DNA of 63,305 nt, filler included. It is 9 parts of 9 records of this genome, joined end to end, with 100 filler letters (N's around TTAATTAATTAA, not from the genome) between each part and the next. Parts side by side here need not be neighbours in the genome. Positions count along the whole stretch, not along the records: positions 20,190 to 25,593 come from SRR7504441_9214; positions 25,694 to 39,018 come from SRR7504441_9218; 7 more parts are not named here. One strand, 5' to 3'. Every line of letters starts with the position of its first letter. The stretch's first letter is position 1. A program made the translations under genes and the position numbers. Below, in pieces: positions 20,305 through 34,500 of the stretch. The notes beneath the pieces were generated by a model that worked only from the letters and a program-made list of their open reading frames with translations, did not search any database and had not been told where the DNA came from.

Positions 20305-22704
20305 ATGAGCCGCGCGGCCGGGTTCCGGCTGGCGGTGGCAGTCTGGCTGTGGGGAGCTGCAGTTGGACACCTGGACACAAATGACGTCCAATTTGTCCAG
20401 ATCTCCGGAGTTCCCGCCCTGTCCGGAGTGCTGGTCCGGGCCGAGCCGGCATCGTTCGGACCGCAGTTCTCCGAGTCGAGCCTCCGGGACCTGCGGCTAG
20501 TTCGGGCAAGCCCTGCCGACCTGTGCAGCTGGCCCCCTGACAACTTGGATGAGCTCGCTGGAGCTGCCGTGATGGTCGCACGCGGTGGGTGCACCTTCGT
20601 CGAGAAGGTTCTCAACGCCGAGGACGCCGGGGCGGCGGCCATGCTGGTGTACGCCCTCGAACCAGGTCCGCCATTGTACATGGGCACTGGGCCGGCGGAC
20701 GACGCCACGGAAGTCTCAATCCCCTCAGCGTTCATAGCCAAAGAGGACGCGGACAAGGTCATGGACTGCTACTTCGTGGCCTGCTATGACAACCCCCAGC
20801 CCGGGGATCTCCGGCTCACCCTGGCACCCCCGCTGCGCACATCCAACCAGGGTCTCAGGCAGCCCCTATTTGATGTGCAGCTGCACTCAACATCCATACC
20901 ACCGAGCTTGACTGCACGGCAGCTCACGATGACCAGCGCCACGGGCCAGCTGCTCCGATGCCAGTTGTCGGAGCTTCCACGGCCAGCCAACGCGCACGAG
21001 CACTCTCTCCGCCTTCTTGAGGGTGGATGCCTCTACAGAGAACAGGATAAGAAGTTATGGGAGCTATGCCATCAGCGCACCCTACGGATCCTCGACTGTT
21101 CCGCAGACCCCGCCTCCTGCGCCTCTGCACGCCAGGCGGCCGGGCGGCCGGACCGCTCGGCGCCGGGCTGGAAATTGGTCGGGCTGTACAATCACTCGGG
21201 CGCTGGGCTTGCAGTCTCCGCGTTCCGAAGTTACTCGCACCAGTACGACAGCGGTGAGCGATGCTCGGAGGTGGTGCCTGCCGGGAGCTGCGATGGGCTG
21301 TTCAAGGTGCCGGTGGCCCCGCCGCCGGTGATGACAAGCTTCTGGGCCGGACTGGAGCTAGCGGTTCTGCAGCTGGCGCCGCCACCAGCGGGGCTCGATC
21401 TCAAGGCCGTACTGTCGAGCAGCTTGGCAGAGCTCGAGAGATGGCCTGTACTCGAGACAGTGCTGTTCCAGCTGCAGGGCAGCGACCAGTTTGGGCTGTT
21501 CGGGTCTGAGGTGCACCTGCTGATGCCAGACGTGCAGGCGGGCGTCTCACAAGGACTAGTCAAGCTACAACGTGAATTGCGTCGGTTGCTCGAGGAAATC
21601 AAAAAGGCCCAGCTGCCACACAAGCTCAGGCAGGAGAAGGAAGCTCGTTTCTGCAGCCAATTCAACCACGATTCGGCGTGCCAGCGGGAGAGAGCGCATT
21701 GTGTCTGGCTGCCGGCCTCGCGGCTTGCTGCCCGACGAGAACTTAACAAGACCTCGGCCACAGTGTGGTTCCGTTGCGCGGAAGGAGGGCTGCACGAACT
21801 CACTGAGGTCAACCAGACCAGCGACTGCCTGTTTCAGGCCGCGGTGGACACTCCGCTTGCCTGTCGGGAACAGGACGGGATCAGGCTCTGGCCTGCAGCT
21901 GCTGGATCGATGCGTTGGCAGTGCACGCCTGCTGAGGCTAACGGGCCGGGTTGGACCCCGGTGCTGGACGGACAGTGGCTGGCAAGCGGGACCGGGCCAC
22001 ATGGCGAGTACAGCGTTACGATGTCGATGGCGCCGATGCGTGGACAGCAGGAGCACTATGCGCTGTTATGGTCGCTGGCCCCGCCGGTAGCGCACCCAGT
22101 CTGGGGCCTGGGGGTGGTGATGGACGGGATGATGCTTGCTAGCATGGGCGCCGGGCTGGTGGTGTACAAACTGACAGGTGCGGGAGGGCTGGATGGTCGA
22201 TGGGTCGATGGGACTGGTATCCGGCGGTCAAGAGAGTTGGGCACCCCGATTGTAGCTGACAAAACCAAGCGGTTGTTTTGGGTGACAGGATTGCCTACGA
22301 TTGTCAGCGACGTCAGGGAAGTGCACGAGCATCGCGGGTTGCTCCGTGTGAGCCCTGCTAATGCGCAGCCCAACACAGTGCTCCGCGGTGCTGGCAGCGC
22401 GTGCGATTTCATGAATTGTAAGATGGAGCTTTTAGAACTAAAGTGGAGTTTCGAGGACTCCGCAGCCCCCGTAGCCAACCAGAGCGCCCCAGAGGCACCG
22501 TCCGAGCCGGATAAATGGCAGCAGCACGGGCTCGGGCTTCGGTGGGGCAAGTGGTTGGTGGCTGGGTGGGCGTCGGTTCAGGACCAAGTGGGGATTGCAG
22601 CGTACGCGCAAGGCAGACAGATGAGTGGGTTCTACGCAGTACGGGAGCCGGGCGAGCAGCAGAGCCCACTAGTGGTGTATAGGGAGCGGCTAGTGCGCTC
22701 ATAG
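20305..22704 (+). CDS. Secretory-pathway protein: signal peptide + PA domain + OS-9/PRKCSH-like MRH domain + C-terminal beta-rich repeats
   Basis: Hydrophobic N-terminus. PA motif VMVARGGCTFVEKVLNAEDAGA...IPSAFI. MRH-like GCLYRE..WELCH, HQYDSGERC and TVWFRC...EV..TSDCLFQAAVDTPLAC. Confidence 0.72.
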   Translation: MSRAAGFRLAVAVWLWGAAVGHLDTNDVQFVQISGVPALSGVLVRAEPASFGPQFSESSLRDLRLVRASPADLCSWPPDNLDELAGAAVMVARGGCTFVEKVLNAEDAGAAAMLVYALEPGPPLYMGTGPADDATEVSIPSAFIAKEDADKVMDCYFVACYDNPQPGDLRLTLAPPLRTSNQGLRQPLFDVQLHSTSIPPSLTARQLTMTSATGQLLRCQLSELPRPANAHEHSLRLLEGGCLYREQDKKLWELCHQRTLRILDCSADPASCASARQAAGRPDRSAPGWKLVGLYNHSGAGLAVSAFRSYSHQYDSGERCSEVVPAGSCDGLFKVPVAPPPVMTSFWAGLELAVLQLAPPPAGLDLKAVLSSSLAELERWPVLETVLFQLQGSDQFGLFGSEVHLLMPDVQAGVSQGLVKLQRELRRLLEEIKKAQLPHKLRQEKEARFCSQFNHDSACQRERAHCVWLPASRLAARRELNKTSATVWFRCAEGGLHELTEVNQTSDCLFQAAVDTPLACREQDGIRLWPAAAGSMRWQCTPAEANGPGWTPVLDGQWLASGTGPHGEYSVTMSMAPMRGQQEHYALLWSLAPPVAHPVWGLGVVMDGMMLASMGAGLVVYKLTGAGGLDGRWVDGTGIRRSRELGTPIVADKTKRLFWVTGLPTIVSDVREVHEHRGLLRVSPANAQPNTVLRGAGSACDFMNCKMELLELKWSFEDSAAPVANQSAPEAPSEPDKWQQHGLGLRWGKWLVAGWASVQDQVGIAAYAQGRQMSGFYAVREPGEQQSPLVVYRERLVRS

Positions 22705-23022
22705 TGCGATAGTGGATGCAAACATTCAATGCTAAGTCACGCCATTGATTCGATGCATCAAGTTTTGTTCTTTTTTATTTACTCATTCGCGAGAAGCATC
22801 TTTATAAATCAAGCAAAGTGTACCGGTCACTGCACGTACTCGTTATTAACTCGTGTACTATGACAGTTGTTTCCACGGTTTCATGAGCAAAGTCGGTTAA
22901 CCAGTCTACTAGTATGCGTACAGCCTGAGCTGTACAGTGTATACGTAGAGCTTCAGTTGTCATCCAACCACAGCTAGCGAGCCAGCCCGTAGCCACAGCC
23001 AGGCCGTGAGCCGGAGTGAAAT

Positions 23023-23673
23023 TTGCACGAACACGCTTTCATCAAGAAGGGCTCGGGGGCTGCGCCCAGCGCCGCCCAGGTTGCCCAGAATCCCAGAGGG
23101 GTGTGGCCTGAGTCGGCCGCCGGGACAGGTGCCACGCGTAATGGTTCCCCCGTCGGCCGATGGTCTCCGTCGATCGTTCCAGCTCCCGGGGGTGCGGATG
23201 GCTGCCACCCGGCCCCGGGACCGACTCGGCAGGTGCCCGACTCGCTTACCGGCGGGACCGATCGGCTCCCGGCCGAGTGGGACGGCTGGCTCACGCGAGT
23301 GCTGGCCGAGCGGGACTGGTTCGCCGAGCGTTTTGAGGCGGCGGTGGCGGACAAGCGCGTATTCGAGGCCGAATCGATGCTGCTGATGGAAGAATGGCTC
23401 GCGGACCGCCAGACCCAGGTGGCCAGCAGCAGTCCTGGCGAGCCCGCCGAGCGGTCCGGGCCACGGGCGGAGGAGCTGGTGCTGCGGAAGCAGGTTGACG
23501 TGCTAAGCCGGACGCTGCACCAGCAGATGGCCCTTAAAGAAGCGGCCGAGTCGGCGCTGAGGACCAAAGAGGACCAGCTCGGGGCGATGCGGCTGCAGCA
23601 CGAGCACGAGCAGCGGCTGGCGCGGCAGCGGCAGCTAGACCTAGAGGAACAGCTCCGGACCTTAAGTCGATAG
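23023..23673 (+). CDS. Hypothetical coiled-coil protein; start uncertain
   Basis: Open frame with an E/Q/R/L-rich helical C-terminal half, followed by an AT-rich 3' region. No clear in-frame ATG at the 5' end. Confidence 0.45.
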   Translation: MHEHAFIKKGSGAAPSAAQVAQNPRGVWPESAAGTGATRNGSPVGRWSPSIVPAPGGADGCHPAPGPTRQVPDSLTGGTDRLPAEWDGWLTRVLAERDWFAERFEAAVADKRVFEAESMLLMEEWLADRQTQVASSSPGEPAERSGPRAEELVLRKQVDVLSRTLHQQMALKEAAESALRTKEDQLGAMRLQHEHEQRLARQRQLDLEEQLRTLSR

Positions 23674-23993
23674 CCAACCTCGTGAGTTGCCGCAAATGCA
23701 CGGGGTTTCACAAGGTTACATGTAATTAACCACAAGATAAACTAGATTTGACCGTAAGTCAATCATTGGCGACATAGCGACCGAGCATCGTTTACTCGTA
23801 CGCAGGAACGGCGTAACATGCTTGTTTGGATTGATTCATTGTATGCAGTGCGTACACTGCCCCATGCTCGTACGAGTATTAATTAAACATTACTGACGAA
23901 TAAGTACTCGTACTTGTACACAGGCACAATTCCGTGAGATCCGGAGATCTACGTACACTGCAACAACAAATTTTGTCAGCAGACCTCTTGAGA

Positions 23994-25357
23994 TCAGACT
24001 GTTTTGTCCTTCTTCGGTTCGGACTTAGCTCCGGGTTTCTCGAGTGCCAATGGAATCAGCAACACCAAGGCTAGAAGCACGCTGCCCAGCAGCCCGACAA
24101 ACACCCCAGCCCAGCCCCAGATCTTCTGGAGGGTCATCAACGGATACCCGGCCATCGATGCCCCCAGCTGCCCTGTCAGCCCCAGCAGGCCTGCCGCAGT
24201 CCCGCCTGCTTCGCTGGGGACTGCCTCCCGCACAGCTATCCCACACATCGTTTTGGGACCGTTCGCCGACAGGCCCAGCACGAACAGCGAACCTGCCCCG
24301 GGCTGGCCAGCCGGGCGACAGCCGGACACACCAAGCCCGACCGCTAAGCCGACTGGACTGCTCGCATCGGGCGTCATCCAGAGCGTTGCGAGCGCAGGCA
24401 CTACTAGCAGCCCAAAGATCAGGCCTGCCCTCAGCTCAGCCGCGGTCAACGCCGGGGGGGGGGGGCACTGGTCAGGTTGCGTCGGCCGCCGAGCCGGTCT
24501 GATAGGGCGCCAGCGCCGAGCGATCCGAGGATGCCTCCGACCTCGAAGCACGTGGCGCCAGTCGCCGCTTGGAGCATGCTGAACTGTCGGGCTTCAACCA
24601 GAAAGCTGATCGTCCAGTTGGAGAGCCCTTTGAGCACTAGGTAAGCCGATCCGGATACCAGGCAGAGCAGCCAGAAATGCAGATTGGGCAGCATGTGCGT
24701 TCTGATGGCATTGAATGTGCCTGGTGAGTCCCCTGCTGGCCGTTTGAAGGCCCGCACGGGCTCGGGCCGCTCCTGGATCAGATGCCAGGTGACCGCGGCG
24801 ACTAGGACCGCCAGCCCGGCCGGTGCGGTGAAGGCCGATTGCCATCCGAACTGCTGGATGAGCCAGGAGAGTAGCACAGGGGACACGCTCTGGCCGAGGT
24901 TACCCGCCATGGTGACCAGGCCCCAGACCGAGCCGAGCTGGTGCTTGGGAAACCACTGGACCAGAAGCCGGCTCACCGCCGGCCAGCCCACCCCCTGGAC
25001 CACTCCGTTCACGGCCCAGGCCGCTATGAACAACCCAAAGCTGTCCGAGGTGGCGAAGGCCAGGTTGGCAGCTCCGGCACACAGGATCCCCGAGATTAGC
25101 AGCAGCTTGGGAGAGACAAGGTCCGAGGCCACGGAGCCTGCCAGCTTGCTCGGCCCGTAGCTCATCGTGAACCCGGACTGGATCATTCCGATGTCTGTTT
25201 TGCTCAACCCGAACCCGCCCGCCGACATCGGGGCCATCATGTGAGGCCCGGCCACCGTCACACCGGCCCGCGAGCCGGCCAGCAGGCAGTACCCCGCGAA
25301 AAGTCCGAGGAATACCCTTCGGGCCCCAGGCGGCGCGTCCGGATCGCCCATGCTCAT
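23994..25357 (-). CDS. MFS organophosphate:Pi antiporter (UhpC/GlpT/SLC37A4-like)
   Basis: YGPSKLAGSVASD, QGVGWP..SRLLVQWFP, FEVGGILGSL.AG.LSDR, GTAAGLLG. Introns 24425-24468 and 24293-24331. Confidence 0.88.
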
Positions 25358-25593
25358 AGGTGGCGCGCAGGTGCTCTAACGGCATTTTCTCGCCGGCAGG
25401 AGTTGCGCAATGAATTAATTGGACACAGTGAATTGATTGTAGTCAGCTACTAAGCCTGTGTAAAATTTCCCTCTTGTGTAAAATCTTCTTCGGATATGAA
25501 CCAAGTTGGAATGCTTTGCTTGAAGATGCCGCTGCCGACTTTGGAGCCATGGAACATACTGAACATTTTGGTGACGTTGGACACGTCCCAGCC

Positions 25594-25693
25594 NNNNNNN
25601 NNNNNNNNNNNNNNNNNNNNNNNNNNNNNNNNNNNNNTTAATTAATTAANNNNNNNNNNNNNNNNNNNNNNNNNNNNNNNNNNNNNNNNNNNN
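25594..25693. other. Artificial contig spacer
   Basis: N + TTAATTAATTAA + N, 100 bp. Confidence 0.97.
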
Positions 25694-25823
25694 GCACCAA
25701 AAAGCACACACCCGGCCCAGAAACGTGAGCGAGTCAGTTTTTCTTTGAGTCCCCTTGATTAGGAATCCACCGTGAACCGCTCGTCCCAAAGGTAGCGCCA
25801 TTGTCGTGGTTGCTGTCCGCTAA

Positions 25824-28063
<2,240 letters not shown>

Positions 28064-28076
<13 letters not shown>

Positions 28077-28111
28077 GCAATCACTGCACTCCGCAGTGAG
28101 CAATCACTGCA
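28064..28111 (+). repeat. Tandem 23-nt repeat, each copy a 7-bp hairpin with a GCAA loop, overlapping the PABP stop codon
   Basis: cactccgcagtgagcaatcactg x2; stem gcagtga/tcactgc. Confidence 0.85.
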
Positions 28112-28545
28112 TTACGTATGAAGCGAAGGTTAAAAAAGGAAAAAAAGGGCATTCAGTCCGCCAAAAAAAAGACGACGACAAAAAACAACCTATTGACACG
28201 GTTGTCGAAAAAAGATCGGTTGAATAAATTCTTTTTTCAATCAATCGGCTTCCTCCCGAGGTTGCAAGCCTATTGCAAGCCACCCTCTTGAGCAATTTGC
28301 TTGCTTAATTTATTCATTTCCTCTTGATAACGGCTACTAGGACAAGGCTCCTAATGCTACCATTCTAGACATGCTACAAGACACGATACAAGACACGACC
28401 ATAGTAATGCGAAGTCCAGACGAACTCGCGAACTCGTTGTGTTACAGTTGTGCTTACATTAGCACGTACATGTAGTGTTACGCTGAACGTAGTGTTTCAG
28501 TCAGTTGTGTTTAAGTTACTGTACAAGTAATGTCCAACATCTCAA

Positions 28546-31500
28546 TCACCAAAATGCACACCAACCTTTGAATAACTTAGCTAGGTTTTCGTGCGACGTG
28601 GCCTCCTTGATGAGCCGTTCTACCTGGTGTGGTACGTCAAGTGTCTCGTCATACGGCTCAAAGTCCTTTCCAGTAAGCTTAGACCGAACTCGGTCAATTG
28701 CTTCGCGTTGCGCCGAACTACGCCTAATTTCTTGCTGCAAGACATACAACAGCTCATTTGGGGCAAGCCGGCCAGTGTGCTACGTACCTCAGTGCTGTTA
28801 GTACTGCTGTCACTGTTGCCCTTCGTTGACGCGCTCATCAGCGACGGTCGCAATGAACTCGACATGAAGTTGTCCTCGTCGCCCTCCGCTGGGCCCGTGT
28901 TGGGGACATTCATGCTCTGCTCGTCTGCCTCCTCAGGCGAACGCGTTTTGGTGTTGAGCAAACGCCATGCTATTAAAGGGTCATACACAAATGCCTCCAT
29001 CATTGCTGAAATCGGGTCCTGGTTGTCTCTGAGCACGCGCATCACTGATTCGCACGTGATTCTGAAAGGTCCCTCGATCCTGGAGGCGCCCATTGCGTTC
29101 ACCAGCATGCGGGTCAACCGGAACGGGACGCCCTCAGGGAATCGGTCGCGACGCATGGCCACCTGCAACCGCGCCAATTAGATGAGGTCAAGATCGGAGG
29201 TCTCACTTCAAAGCAATCTCCAAAGTCTATATGGACCAATTTACCAGACGAACGATGAATTAACAGATTCGATGGGTGCCTATCTCCCAGCCCAAGCACA
29301 TACCCAAGCATGCTCATCACTGCCATCGATCGCGTGAACTGCCATCGTCGCTTAAGCCACTCCTCTGTAGTGGGTGCCCGGAGCCATAACAGCTTTTGCA
29401 GATCGTCGCCCTCGCACTCACTGAGCGCACACTTTAGCGCTTTCAATTTGAGCTGTGGAGAACCAGAATCATAGTCACCGCGCACCACTTCGTTCATGAG
29501 CTTGAGCTCACGCTGAGGTGAGATACCTGCATACCTGCAACGAAAGAGTCAGCTGTGTTTGGGTACTCGTAAGGGGCACCTGCGATGCTGAATGATTGCA
29601 GCTTCAAGGGTATCACAGTGAGGCACCCATTCGACCAGACCACAGTTTGGAGAGAGGGGAATCACAGAGTACCGGGCAACGTCAATGCCCATGTGGGCAG
29701 TGATTGAAGACCGTGCTAGCAACGTGTTTGTAAGCCCTAGCAGCTGCATCACGCGCTCGTCTTGTCGCAGATCTTCGTTGCCCTTGAGCAAGAAAGTATG
29801 ATCCACGCCATCGGACCCGCGAATGGCTATTCGGCGTGGCCGCTGCTTTGAAAGAATAACCCGCACTACTTCGCTGAATGACTCGATTGAAACAATTGGC
29901 TGGTTGGCCTTGTACGTGCCTGGCATTGCGAGCTGGAGATGCGAAGCGTGCGCCAGCCGCGGAGAAATATTTGGCAGCGAGTGCTCCTTCATCTTGGGTA
30001 GCTCGCTTTCAATCGCCTGACAAACTCGAATGTACGACTGCCACGCCGACTGCAGTTCCTTACTCTTGGAACCGCTGCTCGCTCCTGGCTGCTGCTGCCT
30101 GGCGCAGTGCCTTTCGCACCGGCGGTGTGCATCCCGCAGTGCAGTTCCCCAACGTCCTTCGAACCGCTTCTCGTGGGGAGTTAGCGTATAGCGCGCTCTG
30201 TCTGCAGGTTCGCACGTGTGCAGCTTGCGGGCAGCCTCCACAGCCTCCTTAGCCTCACGCTCGTCGTCAAGATTCCACCTGGACCCCATCAAGCCTCGCA
30301 CTATATGATCAGTGTACCTGCCAAATACAAGCGAATCTCCATTTGCAGTGCCACGCATCCACTCCTTCCATTCCTCGTCAGAGCTTTCCGGCGGAATGAG
30401 CGGGGCAGTGAGGCATGACTCTTTCATTGTCCGATGCATCGCAATCAGAGGCACCATCATGCCCTGTTCGTCACCTTTGAGATAATGCCCATGGGCTTCA
30501 TGTATTCTAGCAGTCCATTGCTCCTCCCACAAGATAGCAACCCGAACCAGCTCGTGTGCCACCATCCCCGCCTGCTGCACGAGCTCCCCGCTGTGCTGTC
30601 TGAGCGATTGCATCACCGCATCCATCACCTAGCACGACAGTCTCAATCCTAGTTATGTCTCGTGGCAGTGGCGCACCTTGCCTGTCTGGGTCTCAGAAGC
30701 CACAAACAAGGACCACACAACTGCCTGTGGGCGCTGGGCTCCAATCTTGGATAGCAGCTCTGCAATTTGGTCTCGCACTCGCTCGGATCTTGTGTGGGCT
30801 CTGGCAATGATCTGTGGCATCACAGAGAGCCATGTATCCACTGGAACGGAGTTGAACCCCTCAGAAAGAGCATGGGTGGCTTTGCGAGAAGAACCATGCC
30901 GAAACCAAAGCGTCAATAGCCGCAAGATGAGATCGGTTGTCTCCCGCGATTGTCGCAGCTGAATCGACTTGAAAAAGCCCTGAATGGCGAGCACTACATG
31001 AGCAATGTGAGACGAGATGCATTTCTTGAGGCGCTTGGCACGATCCACAGTCGAAGCAGGTTTCTTGCTGACAGGCTGCTGCACAGCTGACGGGGTCTCT
31101 TGCGCTGTCGCGAACCTTTGCAGCCCCTTACCATCCGGATCATCTGCATGCTCTCCTGCCTCTTGCTCTGCACTCCCAACAGAGGTGGCTGCAGCAGGGG
31201 TCAAAGGCAAATCATCCTCGTCAAGCATGCTCATGTTGACCTGCACCCACGGATTGCCTTGGACATTCTCGAGCCATTCAACCCATTTGGTATCAGAGGC
31301 ATCGTCTGCAGGGCTCTGCTCCAGACAGCAGCTCGGGCAGCCTGTGCTCTGGTTGGATGCAAGGGTGTAGTGCAGCGATGCAAGTGAGTACCATGCCTTG
31401 TAATTTGATGGGCTTGACTCAATCGCTGCCCCAAAGTGTTCCAGGGCAAGCTGGACGTCCACACGGTTGCACTGATGCGGCCATCCGGCTGCTTCCTTGG

Positions 31501-34500
31501 CACGGTTCTCGGCCCACTTACCCTGACATGTGAGGACCTTGGAGTGCCATTGTGAGAGCAACTTCCTGTCCTCGTCTCCTTCCACCGCATGCAGCTGTGA
31601 CTGGATATACTCCGCCAGCTGGTGCATCTCCCTCACTGCAGCCTCCTCTTCATTATCCACTCGAAGAGTCTTGGCATAGCAGTAGCGCACCATGTAAGGC
31701 AGCCCAGCTGGAGATCCATTGCCCATCATGATGGATAGCACCCGCCTTGCCTGCACACAAACCCACATTAGCCCCGGCTATGTGGACAATACCGACCTGT
31801 GCAAGCCGCCCTGTCTTGCGACATAGCACTGCAAACTCGGCCCAGCTCTTATGGTCATGCGATGGGTCGATGGCCAGCTTGCGCACTGCCAGGAGCTGCT
31901 CCCACAACTGCACTGTGTTGGAGCAGCCCTTGAGGCGCTCTCGCCACATCCGGGCAATCCGTTCACGGCTCTGAGGTTGTTCACCATACACAAGCACCTC
32001 CTCCAGCTCTGCCAGTTGTTGTGTCGTCACTACATGCAGGTACACGCGGTCGTAGCTCTCTCCAACTTGTGAGGTCAGGTCGGAGTCGAGCAGCTTTTGC
32101 ATGCGGGCAATAGACTCGCGTGCTTCTAGGTGCTCCTTCGCATGTGCATGTAGCATGGTGCGGAATAGCTCCCCTGCGGCCATCCAGCAATTAGCGTATG
32201 CGGGGAGGGGGGTTGGCCAACCTGACATGCTTTGCCGAGGGATGAGCGCTGTGTGCCGCTCTAGCAGTGGCCAATCCCCCAGGATACATGCCGCAGAGGC
32301 TGACAGGGTGGCGAGCTCTTCCACCTGCATCACCCATCAGCACGCTCGTTGCCATAGACAGCACCTGTGCACTGTCAAACTGATCCCTGTGTTGGCTGTG
32401 AGCTTGGCCCAATTCAAGCAGCTCCTCCCAATGACTCATCGCCTTGAGGCAGCGCATTTGGCCCATCATAGCGGTGGTGTCTCGTGGATTGGCCTTGAGC
32501 CGTCTCTCATAGCCCGCCAGGGCCTCGTCCCACTGCTGCAACTCCTCATGCCAATGCTCAAACTCTGGGAGCGACAGGTGGAGCACGCGAGCATGCATTA
32601 GAACCCCCAAGGCAGCCTCTTGGTGCCCGTCAAGCTTTCCATGAACCTGCCAAATGGATCAGCCGCGACAGTATCAGTGGATACCTGTATTAGGGCTGCA
32701 ACTGAGCTGCTGCTTGGATGAGACTCAAAGTGTTGCTCCCGGTAGCGCAGAGCCTTGGCATACGCCTGGCACATTTCTGCTGCTTCTGCTAGTGACTGCC
32801 GTGGCAAGTGCCGGGGCAAAGAGAGCCCTCGCTTTGTCATGACTTCCTCCAGGGAGATCAGAGCTTGCAGCACAGGTACAGAGTTACTGTGCAGAGCCCG
32901 TTCAAAGTGCGAAGCCAGTTGGTGTTGCCGGCCTGCATCTAGCGCCACCCAGCACGCAGCAAAGCCAGCCTGGAACAACTCGGACTCCATGCTGGGCAAA
33001 TGGGCACTTGAGGTGAGGTGTGCACAAGATCGGAGCATTGGGGAGGGCGAGTGCTGCAGCATCACAGTCGTGAGACGCCGTAGCCACTCCTGCCAGTCTG
33101 CAGGGGTCTCGAGTTCAGCTGTGTCCCACACCCCAGCTATCCGGCCTGAATCTAGAGCAGTATCTGCCAGGAAGCTGTGCGATCTGGTCAAGTTGACGGA
33201 TGCACTGTCCTCAATTGGCTTTCTCAGGAGATTGCTTGTGGTGAGTTGCTCCATTTGCTCTATAGAGAGCGGTGAAAGCATCACAGAGATCTCAGATGTC
33301 TCGACTTCAATGCTCCTTCTTCGATCGGATGACATTGGTGTATTTACAGGCTCCTGTAAAGCTGAGGCAATTGACTGCATGAGCACTGGCTTGAATGGCT
33401 CAAAATCTTCAGACATTGTGGTGCCCAGCGTACGGAGCAAAAGGCAGCCAGCATGGAAAAGCTGGCTTTGGCCGCTATTTTGTTCTGTGGATTGATCGTT
33501 CTGACGGTAGCCAGGAGTCGGAGAGGGATGTAGCTCGGGGCTGCCAGAAAGCAGTGACACAGCAGAGATCTTATTGGCGACCTGTGCTTTGACCTGAGTG
33601 GAAAGCACCTCGATGGCCTGTTCAGAAATGACTTGCATGGCTAAGCTTACTAGCTGTGACAGATGCTCCTTCATTGCTCTGAGGTAAGGATTGGCTGCAT
33701 ACGATGCAAGAGCGCACAGGAATGCTGCACGGGTCTGCGGATGGACTGAATCGCTCCCACCGAGCCTGATGACTGCAGGTACCACCAAATGCACAAATTT
33801 GTCCAAGAAAGCACCACAAGCTGAAAACGTGCATAGAATCTCATAGACAATGCTGGCCTCGACGACCTCCTGAGGTCCTTCTGACATAGAGCGATGCCCA
33901 ATCAAGTGCAGCATCCGGACAAGCTGAGGTAGCACCTCTGGCAGCAGCTCTTGCAGCTCTTGGTACCCTGCACACGATACAGCTAGGCTGTGGCTCAGGA
34001 TCGCCAGCGTGTGCAGCATGCCCCCGTCCAACTCGAAGAATCCAGCAGGGAATAGCTTGACCATCAATCCGAATATAGTCCGCAAGTACGGCCTGATCAT
34101 TGAGCCAACAACGTTCACAATCTCGACCAGGTTGGCACACATCTGGCGCAGCATTGCGTTGTTACTTTTCTCTCGTAGCTGGCCATCACGCGAGTGCTCT
34201 TTGAACAAAGTGCAGAGCAGTGGGACTAACCGCTGGAGGTACTGGGCCGCCTGGTTGCCTAGGCACTTGAGGATGGTGCACGCTGTTCGTAGTGCCAGGT
34301 TGTGGTGAGCCCCAAGCTGCTGGTCCTGCAGCACTAGAGAGACGGCCTTTTCGACCACCGCTGAGGTGAGCTTGTCGTCGTTGATGCCTTGCTTGGGAGG
34401 AAGTGGAGTCTCGACCTCGTTTGATAGCTGCTGTTCCCTTGACTTGGTCAGTGCCCTGTGCTGCGGGTCGAGTGCCCCAATCACTCCCAGAGCCTCTGCC

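Noticed and set aside
24454-24465. Poly-G run as a regulatory G-quadruplex
   Set aside because: A single homopolymer inside a 44-nt intron, with length prone to sequencing error and no other support.
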